DNA from: an uncultured Candidatus Binatia bacterium
GTDB lineage: Bacteria > Desulfobacterota > Binatia > Bin18
Length of the DNA stretch: 64,000 bases
Reading direction: 5' to 3'
Assembly: GCA_965214605.1 (NCBI GenBank)
Contig: OZ243961.1
Location: forward strand, 1,376,001 to 1,440,000
Part shown: in pieces, positions 49,895-60,124 of the stretch
How positions within the stretch are numbered: position 1 is the stretch's first letter
Layout of the letters: each line of letters opens with the position of its first letter
Program-made: the position numbers and the translations under genes
The notes under the pieces: model-generated
The model's database searches: none
Told to the model about the DNA's origin: nothing
The model's input: only the letters and a program-made list of their open reading frames with translations

Positions 49895-50848
49895 ATGGAG
49901 AGCGATTATCTCCTCCGCGATGTGGTGAACCTGATCGACGGCATCCATTTCGATTCCTCCGAAGAAGTCCAGGTCTTGGGCCGCCTATACGAGACTCTTC
50001 TTCGCGAGACGCGCGATGCCGCTGGCGATTCGGGCGAGTTTTACACGCCACGTCCGGTAGTGCGGTTCATGGTCGAAGCGCTAGACCCTCGGCTGGGCGA
50101 GACCTTACTTGATCCGGCGTGCGGTACGGGCGATTTCCTCTGCGAGGCGTTCCAGCATCTGGAACCGCAGGCCGACACGGTCGAAAAACGGCGCGTGCTG
50201 CAGGACGACACACTTTTTGGGTGCGAGGCCAAGTCATGGCCGTTTTTGCTGGCCCAGCTCAATTTTCTGCTGCACAGCCTCCACGCGCCACGCATCGACC
50301 CCGGCAACGCCCTGCGCTTCCGCTTCCCCGAGATCGGCGAAGGGCAGCGGGTGAGCGTGATCCTGACCAATCCACCTTTTGGCGGCGAGGAAGAAGCAGG
50401 CATTCTCAACAACTTTCCAAAGGACCGGCGCACGGCGGAGACGGCGCTTCTGTTCCTCTAGCTCATCATGCGGCGACTCAAGCGCGGAGGGCACGGCCGC
50501 GCCGCAGTGGTCGTGCCCAACGGAACACTGTTCGGCGACGGCCTGTGTGCACGGAAATATTCCAAGAGCGCGCCGCTCGCTTACGAAGACCTCGCTGCCT
50601 GCCGTGACTGGTGGCACAACCGACAAGCAGACGAATGCGCTTGGAAGGTCTCCGCCGCAGCGCTCGTCAAGCGAAACTACGATGGAAATGTCACGGCCTG
50701 CAACCTGGATATCAAGAATCCCCATATGGGCGAGGTGGAGGATGATCGCGAGCCGATGGAAATCGTGGACGCGATCATAGAACGCGAACGGGCGATCATG
50801 TCCCTCATGGACAAGATCAAGGTCGAGTTGGCAGGACACGTCCGATGA
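49895..50848 (+). pseudogene. hsdM: Type I R-M methyltransferase HsdM remnant
   Basis: GEFYTPR, DPACGTG, NPPFGG. 5'-truncated, in-frame TAG at 50459-50461, and an apparent internal deletion after GDGLCAR. Confidence 0.88.
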
Positions 50849-51937
50849 CCTGGCATCAGATCCCGATGGATCGAACCCGATCCCGAAACAATCTACAAGC
50901 AGGTTACGGCGCGGTTATGGGGAAGGGCCTTACGCTCCGCGCGAAGGTTCCGGGCTCGGCGATTGCGGCAGCGCGGCAGCTACGTATACGGTCGGGGCAG
51001 TTCCTCATTTCGCGGATTGACGCTCGACACGGTGCGTTCGGAATAGTTCTTGACGAGTTGTATGGAGCACTCGTCAGGAATGACTTTCCATGCTTCGATA
51101 TCGACGCGCGGCTCGTCATCCCGCGTTACTTTGAATATTATTCCCGGACGTCGGCATTCGTTGGCCTATGCCGTCTTGTGAGCGAAGGCTCGACCAATCG
51201 CGTTAGGCTAAGGGAAAACGAATTTCTCAATGTACAAATACCCATTCCACACCTTGATGAGCAACGGCGGATCGTGGCGCGCCTCGATCGTGTTTTGGAG
51301 CTTATCGAAAAGCGGCGGCAGGCCATAGCGGCCTCCGAAACAGACATGCAGGTTTTGCAATCCAAGGCTTTCGAACGCGCCATCGCGGGCGCTCATCACG
51401 GCCCAATGGCTGAGGTTGCACCCCTTGTTCGCTGTCCGTTAGCCGAGATCGGCTTGGATAGGAGCTATCCTGAACTTGGTGTTCGCTCGTTCGGACGCGG
51501 CACATTTCACAAGCCCGCACTGGTCGGAATTGACGGCGGAACGAAAAAGGTGTTTCGTATCGTACCCGGCGACTTGGTGTTCACATCGTGTTCGCCTGGG
51601 AGGGCGCAGTCGCCATCGAGCAATCCGAGGACGAAGGGAGGTTCGGGTCCCATCGCTTTCTCACGTGCGGCCAGTACCCGGCACTGCAACGGTCCACTTC
51701 CTCCATTTCTACTTCCTGACACACCAAGGATTGGAGCGATTAGGCCAGGCATCGCCAGGAGGATTTGGCAGAAATCGTACGCTTGGTTTGAAGAAGCTCG
51801 AAGCCATCAATGTCCCCGTGCCTCCAATTGACGTACAACAATGGTTTGATCGCCTCCGGAGCAAGGCGCGAAGTGCGGAGTATCTGTTCGGTGACCTCTG
51901 CAGAATTAGCAGCCCATGCTGCACGAAGTGTTTGTAA
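50845..51937 (+). pseudogene. hsdS: Type I R-M specificity subunit HsdS, frameshifted
   Basis: IPIPHLDEQRRIVARLD conserved region. The second repeat VPVPPIDVQQWFD lies in a different frame (51476..51937). Confidence 0.85.
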
Positions 51938-52024
51938 ACGGCGTAGGAAGGGGGATTTAGACGAGCTCTGCCGCATAGCGTCCGTTGATCTGAACTACGC
52001 CAATCTGTCGGTCGGGAGAAGCTA

Positions 52025-53260
52025 CTACATGGTCCGACTCGGATCCACCGTGGTATTCATCAGCTCAAATCCGATCGGCAACCCGCTACGCGGGCTCACG
52101 AAGCTGTTCGACCGTCCAGTCGGCAGCGTAGCCCTCCGTCACGTCGGGTGGCCGGGCGTGGTTGACCAGTCGCTTGGTCAGCGAGCGCCGGCAGCATCAG
52201 TTCGCGCTCGGCCACTGTGATGAAGGCGTTGCGCAGTCCGTGGAACCAGAAGCGGGTACCGCTGGCCTTGGTGACGCGGGGATAGAACTGCGAAAGTGCG
52301 AGACATGGCCCGACCTGGCCTTCCTGGGGGCCGGAAAGAGCCAGCCCTCCGGTTGCGCGTCCGGCTCGCCGCCGTCCGCGCGGCGGCGCTCGAAGATGAC
52401 GGCGAGTTACCGGGTGATCGGAAGCTCAAGAGGCTCTCCGGTCTTGGTCTCCTCGACTCTGAGAACACGCCGCTCCAGGTCCACCCGCTCCCAACAGCGA
52501 CAGGACCTCGCCCATGCGCATGCCGGTGTAGAGGCCGATGCAGGAAGATGTCGCGGATCGCCGGGTCAAGGTCCACCGCATCCATACCCGCGCGGCAGCG
52601 CGGCAGCACCTCGGCCGGAGACGAGATCCGCCGTCGCATGCAGTCGAAACGGCCACCGGTCGCGAGCCACAACTCCACCGGATTGCGCAGGTTCTCATGG
52701 GCGACGCAGGGCCGGCGATAGTATTGAGCGCAGCATTAACATCGTCTGCTTGGCGGCGGCCCAGCCATGCTTGCCGGTGATGAGATTGAAGCGATCCTTC
52801 ACGTCCTGCCGGAAGATGCAGCCCAGAGGGCGCTTCAGCCAGTCCCCGAGATTGACCCAAAGGTTCTGCCAGTAGAGCCTGACCGTGTTGGCCGCCCGGT
52901 TCGGATTGGCCCTCATGTAAGTCTCGAAGGCATCAGCCAGCGTCGGCACGCGGCGCGCTTCGGTCCGCTCGCCGGCTAGGTCCTCGCCCCAGGCGACGCG
53001 CCCGAGCAGGTCCTGGGCCTTCTTCCGCGCCTCGTCGGGAGCCATGCGGCCGTAGCGCCGATGACGACGTGCTTGTTCGGCGACTTGCGACCGCCGTCGC
53101 CGGGACGGTAGTTGACGATGAAGGACTTGGTTCCCGAAGGCTGGACGCGGACACCGAATCCGGTGAGGCAGTCGTCCTAGGCGATCCAGGATTTCTCGCC
53201 GGGATCGAGGGCCTCGACGGCGCGCTTGCTCAGGTGGGTCCTGACCCTGTCCGATGCGTT
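52025..53260 (-). pseudogene. Tyrosine integrase with arm-binding domain, multiply disrupted
   Basis: LSKRAVEAL..GFGVRVQPSGTKSFIVNYR, GLYTGMRMGEV, FWFHGLRNAF, RLVNHAR..VTEGYAADW, spread over several frames with stop codons. Confidence 0.9.
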
Positions 53261-53536
53261 TTCCGGGGTTCGTGCCTATGGCGCGGAGTATAGGCCCTGG
53301 CACCGATATTGGCAACACGATTATCAACACATTTAGGAAAAAACCAGAGCGCAGTACAACGTATCCCATGTCGGGTCGTTCCCGCGCGAAAACATCCATA
53401 ACCTGATGAAAATACGATATTTATGTCATTCACAGCGCAGCTAGGCACATGTGTGTCTATCCATTATATATATGCATATTTCTCTAACATAAACATAAGC
53501 CTCTTCCTTTTCCTGCGTAAATGTTTTGCTTTGCGA

Positions 53537-54622
53537 TCAACTTTGCTCTTTCACCACCCCGAGCTGCCTGAGCAAAGGCACGATCTCGCGGCCAAACCGG
53601 ACCGTGTCTTCATAGTAGGACAGAAAACACATCAGAACGCCATCCAGACCCAGCTCATACAGCCGCTTGAGCTTGAGGGCGACCTGCTCAGCCGTCCCGA
53701 TAATCGGCAGGCCCCCCGCTCCCAGGGCAAACATCTCCAGGGTGAAATGATCGAATGAACCACTGCCAATGCCCAGCCCCCGTGCCCAGTTCTCGGTTGC
53801 TACGGTATCCATCTGCTCCAGAATGCGACGCTTTTCGGCTTCGGCTTCTTGTTCGGTCTCGCGCCACAAGACAAACGGATAGCCCGCGCACCAGACACGA
53901 CGCCCGTACTTACCGGCCCGGACTTTGAAACCCTGGGTCAGCTCTCGGGTCTCTTCAATAGACGACTGGCCGATAAACGCCCAGTCACACAGCCGGGCGA
54001 CCAGTTCCTTAGCGTCTTCTGATACACCGGCATTGACAATGGGTGGATGCGGGTTGCAGATCGGCTGTGGATTCACATAGCCACCCCTAATCCGGTACCA
54101 GGGCGAGTCATAATTAAACGTTCCCGGCTCTTGCGTCCACAGTCCTTTCAGAATCTCAATAAACGCAGTTGTCTTGTCATAACGCTGGTCGTGGGGCAGC
54201 AGTTCAATGCCCATCATACCAAACTCTTCTTTACTCCACCCGCTGACAATATTAATCCCCCACCGCCCCTGGCCGATATGATCCAGAGTAGCGCCCATCT
54301 TCGCCACCACCAACGGATGAAAGACCGGCACATGGACGGTTGAATAGATCTTGAGCTTAGTCGTCACCGCCAGTAGCGCCGCGGCCCAAGTCATGGTCTC
54401 CTGCGACAGGCCCAGATAGTTGGTCTTTCCTCCAAAGCCTCGCCAACGGCTGACCGGAAACAGAAAGTCAAAACCCGCCTCTTCGGCTGCCAGGGCGATC
54501 CGTTTATTCGACGTGTATGGCCACTCATCGGGGCCGACCCGGTAGCTGCTGATCGAATACGCATTGCTACAGTTCGGCATGAAAATACCGAGTTGAAGAG
54601 GATCACGCTCCATCTGCGTCAC
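53537..54622 (-). CDS. Luciferase-like flavin monooxygenase (RutA/SfnG-like)
   Basis: AEEAGFDFLFPVSRWRGFGG, HPLVVAKMGATLDHIGQGRWGINIVSGW, IVNAGVS. Confidence 0.9.
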   Translation of the reverse strand: MTQMERDPLQLGIFMPNCSNAYSISSYRVGPDEWPYTSNKRIALAAEEAGFDFLFPVSRWRGFGGKTNYLGLSQETMTWAAALLAVTTKLKIYSTVHVPVFHPLVVAKMGATLDHIGQGRWGINIVSGWSKEEFGMMGIELLPHDQRYDKTTAFIEILKGLWTQEPGTFNYDSPWYRIRGGYVNPQPICNPHPPIVNAGVSEDAKELVARLCDWAFIGQSSIEETRELTQGFKVRAGKYGRRVWCAGYPFVLWRETEQEAEAEKRRILEQMDTVATENWARGLGIGSGSFDHFTLEMFALGAGGLPIIGTAEQVALKLKRLYELGLDGVLMCFLSYYEDTVRFGREIVPLLRQLGVVKEQS

Positions 54623-55037
54623 AGTTATACTCCTTACGTTTACTACCCGTTATTCGCGCTTATTTTCTTTATCAAGCCTTCTGCGGCCTAATGTGACTTC
54701 TGTACTATTTGGACCAACTCATGAAAGCGTCTGTCTGATAACTGCCCGAATAGCCTATCTATTGCCTCTATAATTGCTCTCATTGAGCATCGCTGATTTC
54801 GAATGAGCTCCCTAACCTACCCTAAATCCCAACGCGGCACTGGCATAGCCACTGTCGTCTCGCATAGCAATGGGCAGGTCAAGTATTTGCTCGCCCGTTC
54901 GTCTCGCGGTCCGGATTACATCATTATCCGTTCTTGTTCCTCATTATCGAATGACTCTCCGCATTCACCCAAGTGGGCCACCGATGCTGCCGAACTGCTC
55001 CGGAGCCGTTCGCCGGTTTGGGAAGGGTCCATTTTTC

Positions 55038-55350
55038 TCAAAGCCACCGCTCCACAAACTCTCTGGAGGCCACGATCGCGGTACGTTGATAAAGGGACCC
55101 GGCGAGAGGCTTCTTGTCGCCACTCATAAGGCTGCTTCTAGGGGGCAGGCAAGAAACTTATTGTCTTCCGGGTCTTCACGGATAGCCTCCGGCAGCAGAC
55201 GGCTCGGGACGGTCTCGGTGTTCTCAATATGATCTCTATGAACGCCTGAGACCTCGACGCCAGGGGAGCGTTGTATCAAGCGTCCACCAATCTGATATAC
55301 TTGTCAACAATTTCCGGTGGCATCACAACCGGACCAATGACGCATCTCAC
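55038..55350 (-). pseudogene. PIN-domain toxin remnant
   Basis: MRCVIG.., EDPEDNKFLAC.LEA, MSGDKK.L..Y..TAIVASREFVERWL. Deletions and frameshifts. Confidence 0.7.
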
Positions 55351-55355
55351 TGTCG

Positions 55356-55611
55356 CTATTCGGTCTCGGCTATGGCGTCGGCGATATCGGGATGCTTTAG
55401 GCCGATCTTAGGCGCGTGTCTTCGGGCTTCGTTGAGCAATGTTTCAAACTCGTCTGGCGAGAGCGCTTCGACCTCTTTGAGGACGATTACGCTTTTATCG
55501 ACAACAACGACAAACTGAGTTCCCGGATCACAATCCGGACGGTTGCCGTATTGTTTTAGGAATGACGCCCTGTCCTTTCGCAGACGTCCTCACGGCTAAC
55601 GGAGTTGTCAC
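55356..55611 (-). pseudogene. AbrB/MazE-family antitoxin remnant
   Basis: TSAKGQGVIPKTIRQ..GL / frameshift / DPGTQFVVVVDKSVIVLKEV..SPDEFETLL. Confidence 0.75.
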
Positions 55612-55775
55612 GACTCACCCCTAGTTTGTTGCCGATAAGCGACTAGGAGCATAGCCAGACAAGATTGCTCTGTCCGGGCAAGCTGGGTCGGTCCTTATTG
55701 ACAGGGTCGTGCCAAAACTGGCGCGGACTCCACCTCCCCTTTCCGGCAGCGGGGAATCCTGCAATACTGGCAGAG

Positions 55776-56735
55776 ATGGCCGAAGCACCTGCTCTCCAAA
55801 AAGAACGTCTGGTCTTCGCCAAGACCGAGCGGATTCCACTCCACCTAATTTCCGGCTTTTTAGGCAGCGGCAAAACCACCCTGCTGAAACGTTTGCTGGA
55901 CCACTGCCTGACAATCGGACTCAAACCGGCAGTCATGATGAACGAGTATGGCGAGGTCAATATTGATGGAGAACTGCTGCGCGGCCAAGGCTTCAGCGTC
56001 CGTGAGATGACCAACGGCTGTATCTGCTGCACGATCGGCGGCACGCTCGGTCTAGCCTTACAAGAAGTCGCATCGCTCGAGCCAGACGTCATCTTCGTGG
56101 AGGCCACCGGTCTGGCCGATCCAATCGAGCTGATCGATCAGGCCACAAAGGAAGAAGTCCTGACCATGGTCCGCCTGGCGTCGCTGATTGCCGTGCTGGA
56201 TCCGATTAATTTTGCTCAGCTGGCCAAAGAGCTACATGCCGGGATTCAGCAGCAGACTGAGCTGGCCGATTTTGTAGTGCTCAACAAACGTGACCTAGTT
56301 GATGAAAACACGCTGACAGACCTGACGGCTCAGATTCGCCGGCTCAATCCCCGCGCCCAGATTGTGCTGACCGAACAGGGGGAAATGGACTACAGCCGTA
56401 TTCTGGCTACAACGGGAACAATTGCCCGTTCGACCAGCCCGTCTTATCCGACTGTGGTGCACGACCACTTTCATACCCTCACTTATCTGTGCCAGGCTCC
56501 GCTGGTCCGAGCCCGGTTTGAAGCACTGATGCGGGTTCTGCCGTCCACCGTATGGCGGGCAAAAGGTTTTGTACGTTTCACCGACTCAGAAGAACAGTGG
56601 ATGTTTCAGTACGTTGCGGGTGAGTTTGATATGGAATGGATCGACCTGTTGCCTGAGCCGCCGGAACATATAGTATTCATTGGCAAAGGCTTTGATCCTG
56701 ACGTGCTCCAAAAAGCGCTGGTCGCGTGTGGTTAG
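55776..56735 (+). CDS. COG0523/CobW-family metallochaperone GTPase
   Basis: SGFLGSGKTT, NEYGEVNIDG, NGCICC, EATGLADP, LNKRD, RAKGF, VFIG. Start uncertain. Confidence 0.93.
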   Translation: MAEAPALQKERLVFAKTERIPLHLISGFLGSGKTTLLKRLLDHCLTIGLKPAVMMNEYGEVNIDGELLRGQGFSVREMTNGCICCTIGGTLGLALQEVASLEPDVIFVEATGLADPIELIDQATKEEVLTMVRLASLIAVLDPINFAQLAKELHAGIQQQTELADFVVLNKRDLVDENTLTDLTAQIRRLNPRAQIVLTEQGEMDYSRILATTGTIARSTSPSYPTVVHDHFHTLTYLCQAPLVRARFEALMRVLPSTVWRAKGFVRFTDSEEQWMFQYVAGEFDMEWIDLLPEPPEHIVFIGKGFDPDVLQKALVACG

Positions 56736-56796
56736 ACCGGATGCGTGTCGCCCAAGGCGTATATCCATCATTATCTCTGCAGACAGGAGGGCAGCC

Positions 56797-57411
56797 ATGA
56801 TTTACGAAGTTCGGACCTACCGGCTCAAACCAGGCAGCATTCCCGAGTGTGAAAAACGCTTTGCCGAGTCCCTACCCCACCGGGAAAAATACTCTCCGCT
56901 GGGCGCTTTTTGGCACACCGAGATCGGTCCGCTCAACCAAATTATCCACGTCTGGCCCTACGACAGCTTGCAGCAACGGACCGAACTACGCGGCCAAGCC
57001 ATGCAAGACCCCAACTGGCCGCCCAAGATCGGGCAGATGATCGAGCACATGGAGTCGGAGATCTTTATTCCGGCGCCGTTCATGGAACCCCTGGGCCAGA
57101 AAAGCCTAGGGAGAGTGTACGAGATGCGGACGTATATGTACCAGCCGGGCGCGATGCCGACCGTCCTGGAACGCTGGGCAGAGGCGATCCCGGCTCGGAC
57201 CGAGCTCTCGTCGCTGGCGGCGTGTTGGTACAGCGATATTGGCACCCTCAACAAGTTTGTCCACATCTGGCCCTACGCCGATCTTGAGGCACGCTCACGG
57301 ATCCGCGCCGAATCGCTCAAGCTGCCCAACTGGCCGCCGGGAACGCGCGAGTTTTTGGTCAGCCAGGAAAACAAGATCCTGATCCCGGCCACATTTTCTC
57401 CCATGCAGTAA
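56797..57411 (+). CDS. Two-domain NIPSNAP family protein
   Basis: IYEVRTYRLKPG..GPLNQIIHVWPY repeated as VYEMRTY..GTLNKFVHIWPY, ending PATFSPMQ. RBS AGGAGG. Confidence 0.92.
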   Translation: MIYEVRTYRLKPGSIPECEKRFAESLPHREKYSPLGAFWHTEIGPLNQIIHVWPYDSLQQRTELRGQAMQDPNWPPKIGQMIEHMESEIFIPAPFMEPLGQKSLGRVYEMRTYMYQPGAMPTVLERWAEAIPARTELSSLAACWYSDIGTLNKFVHIWPYADLEARSRIRAESLKLPNWPPGTREFLVSQENKILIPATFSPMQ

Positions 57412-57432
57412 GCGCGCGAGGAGGCTATTCCC

Positions 57433-58359
57433 ATGGGCGGTATAAAAATCGGCATTGGCTTTGGGCTGTGGAAATATGGCTTGCCCGATCCTGAATTGGT
57501 GTGTACCAGCGCCGAGCTTGCCGAAGACCTGGGCCTTGATTCAGTCTGGCTGTCGGACCATATTGTTACCCGCAACCCAAGCCTGGACATCACCTGCCTG
57601 TTCGCCATGATTGCGGCGCGGACGAAAAGACTCAGGATGGGTCCGAGCGTCCTGACCCTCCCAGCCCGTCATCCCGTCCAGGTGGCCAAGACCTATGCCA
57701 CCCTCGACTATCTGTCGAGCGGTCGCATGATCATGGCCGTTGGCAGCGGCAGTGATACGCGGGACTTGGTGGCCTCAGGCATCTCCCCCCGTGAACGCGT
57801 CAAACGACTGGACGAGGGTATCGATATCCTGCGCCGCCTGTGGACAGAGTCACATGTCACCTACGAAGGGCAGTTCTATCAGTTCGAGGACGTGACGATC
57901 GACCCCAAACCCGCCAAAGGAGCCCTGGATATTTGGATTGGGGGCAAGAGCGACGCGATTCTGAGACGGGTTGTGCGTCTGGGCGATGGCTGGTTTCCTG
58001 CCCTGACTACCCCACGCGAGTTTCGCGCCGATATGGACAAACTGCAAGCCTACGGCGAGTCCTACGGACGGCCGGTGGATTCGCGAGAAGCTGGGGTGTT
58101 ACTGCTGACCCATGTATGTGAGAATCGGGAAAAAGGCTGGGAAACCGTCGCCCCATTTCTCCGCGGTTTACCTATGCCACCCGAGGACCTCGCCGCCCGC
58201 TGTGTGGTCGGCCCACCGGAAGAGTGTGTGGAAAAAATTCAAAATTTCGTGAACGCCGGATGTGTCAAGTTTGTCCTGCGGCCGGCTTGTCCGCCGGAAG
58301 AGATCCAGTCCCAGATCGAGCGCTATGGGAGAGACATCCTGCCCCATTTTGTGTCGTAG
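57433..58359 (+). CDS. LLM-class (possibly F420-dependent) oxidoreductase
   Basis: AEDLGLDSVWLSDH, RHPVQVAKTYATLDYLSSGR, IWIGG, GDGW. Confidence 0.9.
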   Translation: MGGIKIGIGFGLWKYGLPDPELVCTSAELAEDLGLDSVWLSDHIVTRNPSLDITCLFAMIAARTKRLRMGPSVLTLPARHPVQVAKTYATLDYLSSGRMIMAVGSGSDTRDLVASGISPRERVKRLDEGIDILRRLWTESHVTYEGQFYQFEDVTIDPKPAKGALDIWIGGKSDAILRRVVRLGDGWFPALTTPREFRADMDKLQAYGESYGRPVDSREAGVLLLTHVCENREKGWETVAPFLRGLPMPPEDLAARCVVGPPEECVEKIQNFVNAGCVKFVLRPACPPEEIQSQIERYGRDILPHFVS

Positions 58360-58376
58360 ATGTCTGAGGAGCAGCA

Positions 58377-59957
58377 GTGACCGAGCAGCAGGAGCGTTGG
58401 GGGAGTCGGGTCGGGGTCATTTTAGCCGTGGCTGGTTCGGCGGTGGGGATGGGCAATTTTCTGCGCTTTCCCGGCCAGGTTGCCCAGAACGGCGGCGGGG
58501 CGTTTATGATCCCCTACTTCTGTGCCCTTCTTTTTCTGGGCATTCCGATCTGCTGGGCGGAGTGGAGCCTGGGCCGCTACGGTGGTCGGAAGGGCTTGCA
58601 TTCCGCCCCGGCCATTCTGGGTATCATCGGCAGGGGCTGGCCCGTTCGCTACTCTGGCGTGCTCGGCCTGCTCATCCCGCTGGTGGTCTATATGTACTAC
58701 GTGCTGATCGAGTCATGGTGTCTGCAGTATTTTTTCGCCTATCTGACCGGCAGTATCGACCTTGGCCCAGACCCGGCCCAGTACACCGAACAGTCGGGCC
58801 GTTTCTTTACCGCGGTGACGGGCGATAACGCTAATGGCTTGACCCTAGACGGCAGCCTGCACCCCAGCGTACTGTTTCTGCTGGCTGCCGTCGCCTTCAA
58901 CCTATGGTTCATCTGGCGCGGTCTGGCTAAAGGCATTGAAACCTTCTGCAAGCTGGCCATGCCGACCCTGATCGTCTGCGCCCTAATTGTGCTTATCCGC
59001 GTTCTGACCCTGGGCACCCCTGACCCCAGCCTTCCCGATCAGAACGTGACCAACGGCCTGGGCTTCATGTGGAACCCCGATCTGTCCAAACTCGGCGATT
59101 TCAAGACCTGGCTGGCCGCGGCCAGCCAGGTCTTTTTCAGTCTTTCAGTTGGCTTTGGGGTAATTATAAACTATGCTTCCTATCTGACCAAGAAAGATGA
59201 CGTTGTGCTGTCCGGGCTGACCGCCTCGTCGACCAATGAGTTCGTTGAAGTTGCTCTCGGCGGGCTGATCACCATCCCCGCTGCCTTCATCTTTCTGGGG
59301 GCCAGCATCACCGTTAGCAGCAGCTTTGGCCTCGGCTTTCACACCCTGCCCATCGTCTTCGCCCACATGGGCGACTTCGGGCGAATTATTGGCGCGATCT
59401 TCTTCTTCATGCTGTTCCTAGCCGGCGTCACCAGCTCCCTATCCATGCTCCAGCCCATGTTTGCCTTTCTCGCCGAAGCTCTCAACCTGTCCCGCACCAC
59501 CGCAGTAGCTGGCCTCGGCCTACTGTCCACCTTCGGCTCGCTGTGGGTGCTGTACTTCAGCCAGGGGCTCGTCGCCCTTGATACCATGGACTTCTGGGTC
59601 GGGACACTCGGTCTTTTCGTCATGGCCACCGTGCTGATCATCTGCTTCGGCTGGGTGTTCGGTGTAGACCGAGGTATTGCCGAGGCCCACCGCGGCGCTC
59701 AACTTCGCATCCCTGGCTTCTTTCGCTTTGTCATCAAATACCTCTCGCCTGCCTACCTGCTCGTCGTCATTATCGGCTTCTGCTTCCAGAGCCTCCCCGG
59801 CTACCTGCAGGGCTTAGCCCAAGACCCGGTTGCCCGCTGGACGCTGGGTTTTATTGGCATCATCCTGGCACTGCTGGTTGTCCTGACCCGTATCGGCGAG
59901 CAGCGCTGGCAGGCCGCCGGCTTGGATATTGACGGGCGCTTGCCACTCAACGACTGA
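58377..59957 (+). CDS. NSS (SNF/LeuT-like) Na+-dependent transporter
   Basis: ERWGSRVGVILAVAGSAVGMGNFLRFP, QVFFSLSVGFG, FLAGVTSSLS. Confidence 0.96.
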   Translation: MTEQQERWGSRVGVILAVAGSAVGMGNFLRFPGQVAQNGGGAFMIPYFCALLFLGIPICWAEWSLGRYGGRKGLHSAPAILGIIGRGWPVRYSGVLGLLIPLVVYMYYVLIESWCLQYFFAYLTGSIDLGPDPAQYTEQSGRFFTAVTGDNANGLTLDGSLHPSVLFLLAAVAFNLWFIWRGLAKGIETFCKLAMPTLIVCALIVLIRVLTLGTPDPSLPDQNVTNGLGFMWNPDLSKLGDFKTWLAAASQVFFSLSVGFGVIINYASYLTKKDDVVLSGLTASSTNEFVEVALGGLITIPAAFIFLGASITVSSSFGLGFHTLPIVFAHMGDFGRIIGAIFFFMLFLAGVTSSLSMLQPMFAFLAEALNLSRTTAVAGLGLLSTFGSLWVLYFSQGLVALDTMDFWVGTLGLFVMATVLIICFGWVFGVDRGIAEAHRGAQLRIPGFFRFVIKYLSPAYLLVVIIGFCFQSLPGYLQGLAQDPVARWTLGFIGIILALLVVLTRIGEQRWQAAGLDIDGRLPLND

Positions 59958-59969
59958 GGAGACATATCA

Positions 59970-60095
59970 ATGACGGCCGGAGGGTGGCTTTCTCTGCTGG
60001 TGTCGGTCAGCTTTGTCGTGGGCCTCGTCAGCTTCTGCTTCTATCGAGTGTTGGCTGGGCCGAGAACACCACCGTCGGAAGGGACTAATAAGTGA
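59970..60095 (+). CDS. 41-aa single-TM peptide, candidate NSS small subunit
   Basis: GAGGAG RBS 8 nt before the ATG. Translation MTAGGWLSLLVSVSFVVGLVSFCFYRVLAGPRTPPSEGTNK. Below the ORF-track size cutoff. Confidence 0.75.
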   Translation: MTAGGWLSLLVSVSFVVGLVSFCFYRVLAGPRTPPSEGTNK

Positions 60096-60124
60096 CGAGA
60101 GGAGGGGAAACTACACACTGCGGT

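Larger units (their letters stand above)
46900..53500. mobile_element. Decayed integrated plasmid/IME
   Basis: Contiguous fragments of parA, parG-like, rpn, replicase, TA, hsdM, hsdS and tyrosine integrase between intact chromosomal genes. Boundaries approximate. No att duplication found. Confidence 0.8.

Noticed and set aside
55670-55680. 11-nt match (CTGTCCGGGCA) to the reverse complement of the 28-bp repeat
   Set aside because: A match this short is plausible by chance in 64 kb of GC-rich DNA and the flanks diverge.
55690-55775. Possible cobalamin riboswitch upstream of the CobW-family gene
   Set aside because: Only a GGGAA word is present. The B12 box and other conserved elements are not visible.
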